Shown here: one piece after another, positions 15,813 to 24,221 of the stretch
Position numbering within the stretch: the stretch's first letter is position 1
How the letters are laid out: each line of letters starts with the position of its first letter
From: Verrucomicrobiia bacterium
GTDB taxonomy: Bacteria > Chloroflexota > Limnocylindria > Limnocylindrales > CSP1-4
NCBI GenBank assembly: GCA_035577485.1
Contig: DATLVO010000333.1
Coordinates: 1 to 46,017 of the forward strand
Length of the DNA: 46,017 bases
Reading direction: 5' to 3'
Notes under the pieces: generated by a model
Database searches by the model: none
What the model saw: only the letters and a program-made list of their open reading frames with translations
Told to the model about the DNA's origin: nothing
Made by a program: the position numbers and the translations under genes

Positions 15813-16519
15813 GGCAGCACCGCCGCGCCGAGGATCCGCGCCTCGAACCAGCACCCGGAGCCGCAGCCGAGGGCGTCGTCCTCGACCTCGGACCACCGCT
15901 TGCGGACGCGCGCGTCGACGACCTGCGAGTCGTTGAGCCAGAGCAGCGGCGGCAGGTCGTGCCAGCGCGAGAGCGCGTCGCACGCGGCCTTGGCGAGGTT
16001 GTCCCAGTCCGGCACCTGGACGTGCCAGCGCGGGGCCGAGGGCTTGAGCAGCGTGCCGTCGGCGGGTCGCGCCCGGTCCCTGCCGGCGCGCGCGGCGTAG
16101 TGCCGGTGCGGCCGCGCGAACACGAGCTCGAGCTCGACCGCGAACGGGACCGCCGCCACCGGCAGCCCGGTCGGGTCGCCGAGCGCGTCGGCCGCCGCGC
16201 GCGCGGGGTCGCGCAGCAGCGCCTCGACGCACGACGCCCGGAGCTGGTCCTTCCACTCGTCGGCGGAGCCCGGGACGAACGCGCGGCCGGCCGCCCGCGA
16301 CCACCGCGGGCGCGGCTCGGGCCGGGGACCGCTTGGGCCCGCCGGGGTCCAGAACCGGACGACTGGGACCCCCCTCTCGGGCCGGACCGCGACGCTGGTT
16401 TGGTTCCCCCCTTTAGGGGGAGAACCAGAACCAGTCGTTCGCCTGGTGGTCGGAGGCGTTGACTGGTTCTGACTGGTTCCAATCAACTTTTCGAGCTCAA
16501 GTTGTTCGCTATTCGTCAT
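15809..16519 (-). CDS. rusA: RusA-family Holliday junction resolvase with iteron-encoded N-terminal extension
   Basis: The core VVRFWTPAGPSGPRPEPRPRW...VQVPDWDNLAKAACDALS...LWLNDSQVVDARVRK matches the RusA pattern (P-D-x-D-N-x-x-K-x-x-x-D-A-L ... D-D/S-x-x-V). The only in-frame starts are ATG 16519 or TTG 16486, so the first ~40 codons (low GC3) run through the iteron array. Confidence 0.75.
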   Translation of the reverse strand: MTNSEQLELEKLIGTSQNQSTPPTTRRTTGSGSPPKGGNQTSVAVRPERGVPVVRFWTPAGPSGPRPEPRPRWSRAAGRAFVPGSADEWKDQLRASCVEALLRDPARAAADALGDPTGLPVAAVPFAVELELVFARPHRHYAARAGRDRARPADGTLLKPSAPRWHVQVPDWDNLAKAACDALSRWHDLPPLLWLNDSQVVDARVRKRWSEVEDDALGCGSGCWFEARILGAAVLP

Positions 16520-16672
16520 TTACGTCTATCCGTTCCTGACTGGTTCCGCGTGGTTCTTCGCCGGATGAACCAGTCATGTTGAGACCAGTCTCATTTGACT
16601 GGTTCTTGGGGCTAACTGCTTCCTCGCCAAGCAGATGCGCCAGACTGGTTCCGACTGGTTCGCGACTGGTTC
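16395..16672. repeat. Iteron array (9-mer GACTGGTTC) flanking an AT-rich core; probable origin of replication
   Basis: Perfect GACTGGTTC starts at 16461, 16471, 16538, 16597, 16643, 16653 and 16664. The perfect inverted form GAACCAGTC starts at 16428 and 16567. Degenerate copies lie at 16395-16406, 16422, 16551 and 16582. An AT-rich segment spans 16480-16535 and an imperfect palindrome spans 16395-16434. Confidence 0.7.
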
Positions 16673-18674
16673 CGGCCGCCCCGGCGGGGCAGGTCCGCCT
16701 CCCGGAGTCGGTCAGGAGGTAGCGGCTGCGACCCCGGTCGCCGTCCTCGCGCACCTCGACGAGGCCGAGCCGCTCGAGGTCCGCCGCGGCCGCCGCGGCC
16801 GCCTTCTTGTTCGTTCCCGCGAGCTCCGCCAGCCCGCGCTGGCCGACGGGCTCGCCGGCCGAATCGCGCACCGCCGCCAGCACCGCCAGCAGCGCCGGCC
16901 CGAGGTCGTCCGGACGCGCGGCGGCGGCGCTCGCCGGCGCCACCGTCACCGCGGTGACGGGGCGGCCCTTCTCGTCCGTGCCGACCTGCACGGCCTCGAG
17001 CCGGGCGCGGATCGGCCTCGGCGTCGCGGCGTGCTTGAGCTTGGTCACCGTCGCGGTCACGAGGTCGCCCTCGCGCCGCACCTCGAGCTGCGCGTCCAGC
17101 GCTGCCGGTAGCGCCGACGAGCCGCGCCCGCGGTCCTTGTTCTGGTGCCCCGTGTGGTGCACGAGCAGCACGAGGCAGCCGAGCTCGCGCCGCATCGCGT
17201 CGACCGCGTCTACGAACGCCGCCATGTCCTCGGTGCTGTTCTCGTTGCCCGGCCCGAAGTTCCTCGCCTGCGTGTCGACCACGACGAGCACCGGCGGCCG
17301 CCCGCCGAGGCGCTCGACGGCGCGCCGCTGCCACTCGGCGCGCTCCTCCGGCCGCACGAGCGCCGCGGGCCGCAGCGTGACCAGGATCCCGTCCTCGGGC
17401 ACGCCGAGCGCCTTCGCCTGCGCGGCGATGCGGTCGAGCATGCCGCTCAGGTCCTCGCCGACCATGTACAGCACCGGCCCGCGGTCGTCGAGCTCGTGCC
17501 CGAACCAGCGCGGCAGGCCGGCCGCGACGTGCAGCGCCAGCGACACCGCGAGCGGCGTCTTGCCAGAGCTCGGGTCGCCGAACACCTGCGCGACGCCCGA
17601 CCGCTGCAGCAGCCCGTGCGCGAGCCACCGGCACCCGCGGCTCCTGGCGCGCGCCTCGGCCGGCGTCGCCAGCCACTCGTCCTGCGGCGCCGGCGGCGGG
17701 ACCTCGACGGGGGTGAATACCTCGCTCGGCTGCGCGGCGCCGGCCTTGCCCGAGGCGCGCGCGAGGTCGCGCGCGACCCAGTCGCGGCGCGTGTAGCGCC
17801 CGGGCTCGCGCGAGTCCACGAGGCCCGCGCCCCACGCCGAGCGCATGATCAGGTCGAGCGCGGCGGCGCCGTGGTTGCGGCACGCGCGCAGCGCGAGCAG
17901 CTCGAGCTCGTAGAACGCCTCGGAGGCGGACTCGGCGCCGAGCGTGGCCCAGTCGCCGCGCAGCAGCGCGTCGCCGCGCGGCGCTCGCCGCACCGCCGCC
18001 GCCGCCTCCTCGGGCGTCGGCGGCTTCCCCGACCCGCGCGGCAGGCCCGCCTCGCCGGAGTGGCCGTTGCGCTGGTCCGCGCCGAGCTCGCGCGCGAGCT
18101 CGGACAGGTCGTCGACCGCGAGCACGTCGGCGCTCGTGCCCGGGAGCTGCGCGCCGGTGACGGTGACGTACTGCGCGCCGCCGCTCAGGCCGTAGAACTC
18201 GACGCCGGGCCGCTTGTCGACCAGCGGCGGGGGCGGCTCGTCGACGCGGGCCCGCCCTATGTGCTCGGGCTGCTTCCTCACGACGAGGAACTGGCGCAGG
18301 CCGGTCCCGCTCGGGCTCACCTCCGCGTAGCTGCCGCGGCCCAGGTCGCGGACCACGTGCAGCGCCCAGTCGGCGACGGCGCCGGTCTGCGGGTCGCGGC
18401 ACGCGTCGACGTCGAGCGCCACCAGCCAGCCGCCGGGGACGCGGACGCGGCCGGTGAAGCAAAACCCGACGCCGCCGCGGGGCGTGAGCTCGTCGCGCGC
18501 GACCTCGTCGAACGGCCGCGGGACGTCCGGGTCGAGCAGCGAGCCGGCGGGCTTCTTGGTCCACCGGCGCCGACCCGGCGGGCCGACCTCGGCCATCGCC
18601 CAGCGGACCCAGCGGCCCTGCTCGCGCAGCGCGCGCGGGATGAGGGACGACTCCGCCGTGCGCCGGAGCGTCAT
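16509..18674 (-). CDS. Bifunctional primase-polymerase / replicative helicase (prim-pol plus RepA/DnaB-like ATPase)
   Basis: Track ORF 16509..19034 trimmed to the ATG at 18674 (ATGA overlap with the upstream stop). Prim-pol motifs: GVGFCFTG, LVALDVDACRD, EVSPSGTGLRQF. ATPase motifs: Walker A GDPSSGKTP, Walker B LVVVDTQ. A winged-helix-like LERLGLVEV..RYLLT follows, and the last ~60 aa are encoded by the iteron array. Confidence 0.85.
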   Translation of the reverse strand: MTLRRTAESSLIPRALREQGRWVRWAMAEVGPPGRRRWTKKPAGSLLDPDVPRPFDEVARDELTPRGGVGFCFTGRVRVPGGWLVALDVDACRDPQTGAVADWALHVVRDLGRGSYAEVSPSGTGLRQFLVVRKQPEHIGRARVDEPPPPLVDKRPGVEFYGLSGGAQYVTVTGAQLPGTSADVLAVDDLSELARELGADQRNGHSGEAGLPRGSGKPPTPEEAAAAVRRAPRGDALLRGDWATLGAESASEAFYELELLALRACRNHGAAALDLIMRSAWGAGLVDSREPGRYTRRDWVARDLARASGKAGAAQPSEVFTPVEVPPPAPQDEWLATPAEARARSRGCRWLAHGLLQRSGVAQVFGDPSSGKTPLAVSLALHVAAGLPRWFGHELDDRGPVLYMVGEDLSGMLDRIAAQAKALGVPEDGILVTLRPAALVRPEERAEWQRRAVERLGGRPPVLVVVDTQARNFGPGNENSTEDMAAFVDAVDAMRRELGCLVLLVHHTGHQNKDRGRGSSALPAALDAQLEVRREGDLVTATVTKLKHAATPRPIRARLEAVQVGTDEKGRPVTAVTVAPASAAAARPDDLGPALLAVLAAVRDSAGEPVGQRGLAELAGTNKKAAAAAAADLERLGLVEVREDGDRGRSRYLLTDSGRRTCPAGAAGTSREPVGTSLAHLLGEEAVSPKNQSNETGLNMTGSSGEEPRGTSQERIDVNDE

Positions 18675-19225
18675 CGGCGGAATGCCAGCAGCGCACCGCG
18701 GAGCCGACGGAGGGTCTCGATCACCTCGGCGGCTCGGTGCCGATTCCCGGGGGCGTTCCACCACCGGCACCTGCCGCTCGGGTGCGGCAGCCACGCCGTC
18801 ACGCCGTAGGCGTCCAGCAGCGCGAACGGGCCGCCGGACTCGAGCGTCGTCCGGAGCAGGGGCCACCGGTCCTCGAGCACGACGAGGCGGTTGAGCACCG
18901 CGCCGCGGACCTGCGCTCCGAGGTGGACTATGCCGAGCACCTCGCCGACCGAGACCGCCTCGACCAGCGGCAGGTAGCGCGCGAGCGCGAGGTCGATCGG
19001 GTACTTGCCATCCCGGAGCTCGCCGTGCCGCCACAGGTTCGTGCGCAGGGGGAACAGCGCCTTGAACTCCGCCGTCGTCATCCCGCCTGCGTCGCGCAGG
19101 CGGTTCGCCGAGTGGGGGACGCCGGTCTCGTCGCGGAGCAGCCAGAGGTCGGGGCGGTCGGCGACGGCCGCGCTCGGGGCCTCCCCGAGCAGGGCGAAGC
19201 CGGGCGTCGATTTGCGAGAGCTCAT
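18671..19225 (-). CDS. Hypothetical protein (184 aa), first gene of leftward early operon
   Basis: Track ORF 18671..19513 trimmed to the ATG at 19225 (residue 97). Reads MSSRKSTPGFALLGEAPSAAVADRPDLWLLRDE.. There is no SD; a TAGTGT box lies 10 nt upstream. Confidence 0.55.
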   Translation of the reverse strand: MSSRKSTPGFALLGEAPSAAVADRPDLWLLRDETGVPHSANRLRDAGGMTTAEFKALFPLRTNLWRHGELRDGKYPIDLALARYLPLVEAVSVGEVLGIVHLGAQVRGAVLNRLVVLEDRWPLLRTTLESGGPFALLDAYGVTAWLPHPSGRCRWWNAPGNRHRAAEVIETLRRLRGALLAFRR

Positions 19226-19305
19226 GCGGCCCCGCACACTACCGCCCCTCGCAGCCGAAAAAAAGTGGACGCCTCCGCTTCCATGCGGTCCGGCGCGGCG
19301 GTAGT
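19226..19305. promoter_or_regulatory. Divergent early control region with a 12-bp perfect inverted repeat and an A7 tract
   Basis: CACACTACCGCC (19235-19246) is the exact reverse complement of GGCGGTAGTGTG (19297-19308). An AAAAAAA run lies at 19258-19264. Each arm presents GGTAGTGT (TAnnnT) reading outward toward its operon. CATGCGG is repeated at 19223 and 19282. Confidence 0.55.
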
Positions 19306-20739
19306 GTGGCCCGCTGCTACCCGCGCTCCCGCTCCCGCTTCCCCATCGTGCAGACCCTCTACCAGCACCAGCAGGTCGGCGCCGACTGGCTGCTCGCCCG
19401 CCGCCGCGCCGGCCTGTTCGACGAGCCCGGCCTCGGCAAGACTGCGACGGCCGTCGCTGCCGCCGAGAGCGTGCTCGCCGCCGAGCCCGGGGCCCGCGCG
19501 CTGGTGCTGGCACCGACCGTCGTTGCCCTGAACTGGGCGCGCGAGTGGTGCGCGTGGTCCGGCCGGCACGCGCGCGACGTGCTGGTCGTGCCGACCTCGC
19601 GCCACGCCTCCTACGTCGGGCTCGCGCCGGTAACCGTCGTCCCGCACTCGCTCCTGATCCGCCCCGAGGTGCGGCTCGCCGTGCTGCGGCGGCGGTGGGC
19701 CGCCTGCGTGCTCGACGAGGCGCACGCGTTCCGCTCCCCCTCGGCGAAGCGGTCGGTCGCGTTCTTCGGCGTCCCGCGCGGCGAGGACCAGCCGGCGCGG
19801 CTGCGGGAGTCGGTCCTCGAGCGGTGCGACCGCGCGTGGTTCCTGACTGGCACGCCGATCGTCAACGACGTGACCGACCTCTGGCTCATGCTGGCGTCCG
19901 CGTTCCCCGAGCGGCTGGCCGCGCCGGGCACGCCCGCGCCGTCGCTGCTCGCCTTCGCGCGGCGGTACTGTCACGTGCGGCCGTCGCAGTACGACCCGGG
20001 CTGGAAGGTCGTCGCCAACCGGCAGGAGGCGATGCCGGAGCTCAGGAAGCGCCTCGACGGTCTGTTCCTGCGCCGCACCAAGGCCGAGTGCCTCGACCTG
20101 CCAGAGGTTAGCTACGAGGACGTGCAGCTAGCCTGGGACGCGCCGCCGTCGGAGCTTCTCGAGCTCGAGGCGAGCGTCGGGCGGAAGGTCATGGCCGCCG
20201 TCGAGGCCGCGGGCGACGACCCGGCGGGCGAGCTCCGCGCGCTGCGCGACGGCGTTGACGTCGCGCGCTTCCGGCGGCTCTGCGGGCTGTGCAAGGTCGG
20301 CCCGGTCGCCGAGCTCGCGGCGCTCGACCTCGACGGCGGCGAGCCGAAGGTGGTCGTGTTCGCGCACCACGCCGACGTCGTCGCGGGGATCGCGCAGCGG
20401 CTCGCGCCCTACGGCGTGGTGACGATCACCGGCGCCACGCCGGGGCCCGAGCGGCAGGCGGCCGTCGACCGCTTCCAGCTCGACCCGCGCGTCCGGGTGG
20501 CCGTGCTCAACATCGTCGCGGGCGGCGTCGGCGTCACGCTGACGGCAGCGGCACTGGCGATCTTCGCCGAGCTGTCCTGGGTCCCGGGCGAGAACGCGCA
20601 GGCCGCCGACCGCATCCACCGGATCGGCCAGGGCCGGCGCTGCCGCGTCCGCTTCTGCTCGCTCGCGCGCACCGCCGACGTCGACGTGTCGCGCGCGCTG
20701 CGGGCCAAGGTGCGGATGATCCGCGAGGTGCTGCGGTGA
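19306..20739 (+). CDS. SNF2/Rad54-family helicase
   Basis: Motifs DEPGLGKT (I), VLDEAHAF (II), LTGTPIVN (III) and QAADRIHRIGQ (VI). The start is uncertain: GTG 19306 as in the track, or in-frame GTG 19348. Confidence 0.85.
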   Translation: MARCYPRSRSRFPIVQTLYQHQQVGADWLLARRRAGLFDEPGLGKTATAVAAAESVLAAEPGARALVLAPTVVALNWAREWCAWSGRHARDVLVVPTSRHASYVGLAPVTVVPHSLLIRPEVRLAVLRRRWAACVLDEAHAFRSPSAKRSVAFFGVPRGEDQPARLRESVLERCDRAWFLTGTPIVNDVTDLWLMLASAFPERLAAPGTPAPSLLAFARRYCHVRPSQYDPGWKVVANRQEAMPELRKRLDGLFLRRTKAECLDLPEVSYEDVQLAWDAPPSELLELEASVGRKVMAAVEAAGDDPAGELRALRDGVDVARFRRLCGLCKVGPVAELAALDLDGGEPKVVVFAHHADVVAGIAQRLAPYGVVTITGATPGPERQAAVDRFQLDPRVRVAVLNIVAGGVGVTLTAAALAIFAELSWVPGENAQAADRIHRIGQGRRCRVRFCSLARTADVDVSRALRAKVRMIREVLR

Positions 20740-21023
20740 TCGCGCGGTTCATCGGCGGTCCGTGGGACGGCCGCGTTGAGGAGCGCGAGGACGCGCGGGA
20801 AATCGTCGTCCTGGTCGCTCCGCCGCTGCCGTCCGTCCCGTACACGGCGCCCAAGGCCGTGTGGCTCACGCACGTGACCTACGTCCGCGTCGGTGGGGCG
20901 ATCGGGTGGTCGAGCCACATCGAGCGCGACGCGCAACGGCTCACCTACTTTGCGCCCGTCAACCTCTGTAAGCGGGGGCCTAACGGCTACGAGCTGGCGG
21001 CACCCGACCCGAGGTCGCAGTGA
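20736..21023 (+). CDS. Small phage protein with GGPWDG motif (95 aa)
   Basis: Trimmed from track ORF 20289..21023. GTG at 20736 overlaps the SNF2 stop. Reads VIARFIGGPWDGRVEE.. Confidence 0.5.
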   Translation: MIARFIGGPWDGRVEEREDAREIVVLVAPPLPSVPYTAPKAVWLTHVTYVRVGGAIGWSSHIERDAQRLTYFAPVNLCKRGPNGYELAAPDPRSQ

Positions 21024-21128
21024 CCGAACAACCTTACGCGGCGGGTCTCCACCAGGGGCCGGCCCGGCGCCCGCCGCGCGCCTCCCTTCTCCGCTTGGGC
21101 CGGGCCGGCCGCTCACTCACCTAACACG

Positions 21129-21590
21129 ATGAACCTGACAATCACGCTCGAGTCCCCCACCCCGTCCGAACTCGCGATCGCTTCGGAGCTGCTTGCACGC
21201 CTCGCCGCCGAGGGCGCGCGGCCGCCCGCGCTCGCGCCGACCGCCACCGCCCCCGAGGACGTCGCGGCGCCGGCCGCGCCCGAGCGCCCCGCCGCGGGCA
21301 AGAAGAAGGTCGAGAAGGCCGCGCCCGCGCCCGCCGCGGCGGCCCCCGCGGCGCCGCCCACCCCGATCCAGCCGCCCGCGCCGGCGGTCACGATGGATCA
21401 GCTCAAGGAGGAGATGCGCAAGCTCGCCGAGGCGACCGGCGGCATTGCCGCCGTGAAGGAGGTCCTCGCCGAGGTCGGCGCGCCGCGGCTGCCGGACCTG
21501 CCGCCGGAGAAGTACCCCGCGATGCTCGACGCGATCCGCCGGCGCCTCGCCGCCGGCAAGCGTCCGCCGGCCGCGGCGACGGGGAGCTGA
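21129..21590 (+). CDS. Hypothetical protein with Pro/Ala-rich linker (153 aa)
   Basis: Track ORF, with two small helical domains separated by an APAPAAAAPAAPPTP-type linker. Confidence 0.55.
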   Translation: MNLTITLESPTPSELAIASELLARLAAEGARPPALAPTATAPEDVAAPAAPERPAAGKKKVEKAAPAPAAAAPAAPPTPIQPPAPAVTMDQLKEEMRKLAEATGGIAAVKEVLAEVGAPRLPDLPPEKYPAMLDAIRRRLAAGKRPPAAATGS

Positions 21591-21594
21591 GGCC

Positions 21595-21771
21595 ATGGCC
21601 GACACCCAGGGGAAGTTCTGCAAGGCCGAGGCCGCGGAGACGATCAAGGCCGTCGAGGAAATCCTCGCGGCGCTCTCGCGCGCCAAGAAGTCCGAGCTGC
21701 TCGGTCACTTCAACGACGTGTTCCTGTTCTTGCGCGCGGCCCAGGATGCCGCGCCGGAGGTGCCGAAGTGA
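21595..21771 (+). CDS. Small hypothetical protein (58 aa)
   Basis: Too short to appear in the track. The ATG is preceded by GGGGAGCTGAGGCC (SD-like). Reads MADTQGKFCKAEAAETIKAVEEILAALSRAKKSELLGHFNDVFLFLRAAQDAAPEVPK. GC3 is high and the stop overlaps the next GTG (GTGA). Confidence 0.45.
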   Translation: MADTQGKFCKAEAAETIKAVEEILAALSRAKKSELLGHFNDVFLFLRAAQDAAPEVPK

Positions 21772-22151
21772 GATCATCTGTTGATCTCGCGCAGGTGGTG
21801 AACGACCTCGGCTGCCGCATCCGCGACAATCCCAGCAACACGTTCGACCGCCTCCGCGACTTCGCGGAGGCCGTCGTCGGCGAGGCGGTGCGGCTCGCGC
21901 GCGAGCCCGCGCCATATACTCCTCTGTCGGAGATCGCCGCCGCGCGCAAGCGCCTGGGTGAGGTGGTCTACGAGAACCGTAACTACGAGAAGGCGATCGT
22001 GCAGGTCAACCGCGACGACCTGTCCGCCGCCCTCATCGCGCTAGACGATGCGGTGCGGCTGCTGCGTTCCATGCGCACCGGCGAGCTCTGCGACGACGGC
22101 TGGTGGTCGCGCTACGACGCGCTGATCGGACCCCCGGGAGGTGCGACGTGA
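21768..22151 (+). CDS. Hypothetical protein (127 aa)
   Basis: Track ORF with normal composition, coupled to both neighbours. Confidence 0.55.
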   Translation: MRSSVDLAQVVNDLGCRIRDNPSNTFDRLRDFAEAVVGEAVRLAREPAPYTPLSEIAAARKRLGEVVYENRNYEKAIVQVNRDDLSAALIALDDAVRLLRSMRTGELCDDGWWSRYDALIGPPGGAT

Positions 22152-22384
22152 TCACGAGGTGCTACCTGCAGCTGACCCCGCGCGTGACCCGCAGCGGGAA
22201 CCTCGTCGGCCTGCGCGTCCGGGCGATGTCGGCGAGTCCCCCGGGCTCGCCGGCCGTCGGGGCGCTGATCGTCGCGCTCGAGCTCGACGTCCCCGACTCC
22301 CTGCTCCTCCCGCACCGGGTCCACGCGTCGATCGCCGAGCGCCCGGTCGGCGCCGTCACGGCCGACGCCGAGGTGGCGCCGTGA
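22148..22384 (+). CDS. Hypothetical protein (78 aa)
   Basis: Trimmed from track ORF 22103..22384. GTG at 22148 overlaps the upstream stop. Confidence 0.45.
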   Translation: MITRCYLQLTPRVTRSGNLVGLRVRAMSASPPGSPAVGALIVALELDVPDSLLLPHRVHASIAERPVGAVTADAEVAP

Positions 22385-23622
22385 CCGCCCCCTCGCCCAA
22401 GACGCACGCCGAGCTCGCCCCGAGCGCGGCCCATCGCTGGATGCGGTGCTACGGCTCCGTCGCGCTCTGCCGCGGGCTCCCCGAGGGCCCGTCGTCGCCG
22501 TTCGCCGACGAGGGTACGTTCATGCACGGGATCGCCGCCGAGTGCCTCGTGCGCGGCAGCGACGCCGCCTCGCGCCTCGGCGCGCGCTCCGAGTGCGGGC
22601 GGTTCGAGGTCACCGAGGACGCCGCCGCGCACGTGCAGGTCTACCTGGACGCGGTGCGGTCCGTCGAGCTCGCCGAGGGCGGCGAGCTCCGCGTCGAGCA
22701 GCGCGTCGACGCCTTGCACCCCAACGTCCACGGCACGGCCGACGCGCTGCTGCTCTCGCGCGACGGCCGGACGCTGCACGTGTTCGACTTCAAGTACGGC
22801 GCCGGCGTGTTCGTCGACGCCGACGAGAACGAGCAGGCGCGGACCTACGCCGTCGGCGCGCTGAACCTCTGGGGCAAGCTGGCCGAGCGTGTCGCCTCGG
22901 TCGAGCTGCACATCGTCCAGCCGCGCTACCACGGCGCGCGGCCGTGGCGGACCGACGTGCAGACGCGGGCCGAGATCCAGACGTTCCTCGCGCTGCTGCG
23001 CGGCGCCGTAGCCGCGGTGAAGAAGCCCGGCGCCGGGCTGCACGCCGGCGACCACTGCCGCTGGTGCCCGGCGCGCGCGACCTGCCCCGAGCTCCGCAAG
23101 CTGGCGCTGCAGACGGCGCGGTCCGCGTTCGGCGAGCGGCGCGAGGGCGACCTGCCGGCCGCCGGCGAGGTCCCCGACGCCCCGCGCGAGCCGCCGAGCC
23201 CGCTGACGCTGTCCGAGGCGGACCTCGCGCGGCTGCTGCACGCGTTCCCGATGCTCGAGTCGTGGATGCGGTCCGTCCGCGAGCACGCGGAGGCCCTCGC
23301 CGCGCAGGGTAGGTCGATCCCCGGCTGGAAGCTGGTCGAGCGCCGCGGTAATCGCCGGTGGCGCGACGAGGCCGCGACCGAGCTCGAGCTCACGCTGCGC
23401 GGGATCGACCCGCGCGCGGCGCCCGAGCTCGTGTCGCCGGCAGAGGCCGAGCGCCGGTTGAAGAAGATCAAGGCCGACGCGGACGTGTCCGCGCTGGCCG
23501 AGAAGCCCCCGGCCGGCGCGTCGCTGGTCGAGGCGTCCGACCCGCGACCGGCGCTGCGGCCGGGCGCGGTGTTCTCCGAGTTCCCCGCAGCGGTTCCCGC
23601 TCCTACTCCTGGAGGCTCCTGA
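22381..23622 (+). CDS. PD-(D/E)XK nuclease, Cas4/DUF2800-like
   Basis: Trimmed from track ORF 22141..23622. GTG at 22381 overlaps the upstream stop. Contains HGTADALLL..HVFDFKYG (D..D/E-x-K) and the Cys cluster HCRWCPARATC. It lies in the usual DUF2800-DUF2815-PolA order. Confidence 0.75.
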   Translation: MTAPSPKTHAELAPSAAHRWMRCYGSVALCRGLPEGPSSPFADEGTFMHGIAAECLVRGSDAASRLGARSECGRFEVTEDAAAHVQVYLDAVRSVELAEGGELRVEQRVDALHPNVHGTADALLLSRDGRTLHVFDFKYGAGVFVDADENEQARTYAVGALNLWGKLAERVASVELHIVQPRYHGARPWRTDVQTRAEIQTFLALLRGAVAAVKKPGAGLHAGDHCRWCPARATCPELRKLALQTARSAFGERREGDLPAAGEVPDAPREPPSPLTLSEADLARLLHAFPMLESWMRSVREHAEALAAQGRSIPGWKLVERRGNRRWRDEAATELELTLRGIDPRAAPELVSPAEAERRLKKIKADADVSALAEKPPAGASLVEASDPRPALRPGAVFSEFPAAVPAPTPGGS

Positions 23623-24221
23623 TGCCCCTGTCCTCGTTCGAGGTCGTCACCTCGGTCCCCGTTCGCCTCGCGTTCCCCAACCTCTACGTCCCGAAGGCGT
23701 TCAAGGAGGGCAACCGCGAGACGTACTCCGCGACGCTGCTCCTGCCGCCCGACTTCAACCTCGCCCCGATCACCGAGGCGATGAAGGCCGCCTGCCTGGA
23801 GCGGTTCGGCAAGCCGATCGCGCAGGCCAAGCTGTCCGACCGCGGCATCCCGCTCCGCAAGTGCGAGAACCAGTGGGAGGGCTACGAGGAGGGCTGGCAC
23901 TTCCTGCGCTGCGCGAGCAACTCCCCGCCCCAGGTCGTCGACCAGAAGCTCGAGCCGATCCCCGAGCTCGGCTCCGAGCGCCGCATCTTCGCGGGCTGCT
24001 GGGTCCGCGCGCACGTGACCGCGTGGTGCTGGGACCACGACGTCGGCGGGCGCGGGATCTCGTTCAACCTGAACTCGGTCCAGCTCATCCGCGAGGACCG
24101 GCGCCTCGGCGGCGGCCGCCCGGCGGCGGAGGTGTTCGAGGCCGTCGAGGTCCAGGACGCCCCGGCGCAGGCCGGGGCCAAGGGCGGCAAGGACCTGCTG
24201 GCGGAGATGTTCGGCGAGTGA
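23622..24221 (+). CDS. DUF2815-like protein (putative ssDNA-binding)
   Basis: Trimmed from track ORF 23358..24221 to the ATG at 23622. Reads MPLSSFEVVTSVPVRLAFPNLYVPKAF.. and sits between the nuclease and the polymerase, as in other phages with this module. Confidence 0.65.
   Translation: MPLSSFEVVTSVPVRLAFPNLYVPKAFKEGNRETYSATLLLPPDFNLAPITEAMKAACLERFGKPIAQAKLSDRGIPLRKCENQWEGYEEGWHFLRCASNSPPQVVDQKLEPIPELGSERRIFAGCWVRAHVTAWCWDHDVGGRGISFNLNSVQLIREDRRLGGGRPAAEVFEAVEVQDAPAQAGAKGGKDLLAEMFGE

Noticed and set aside
16395-16672. Repeat array considered as a CRISPR array
   Set aside because: The repeats are only 9 bp long, in both orientations, with irregular 1-50-bp spacing, and they lie inside coding frames. 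There are no cas genes. The iteron/ori interpretation fits better.
16612-18696. 694-aa minus-strand ORF out of frame within the prim-pol/helicase gene
   Set aside because: It is Arg/Ala/Gly/Pro-rich with no motifs. The alternative frame has prim-pol and Walker motifs.
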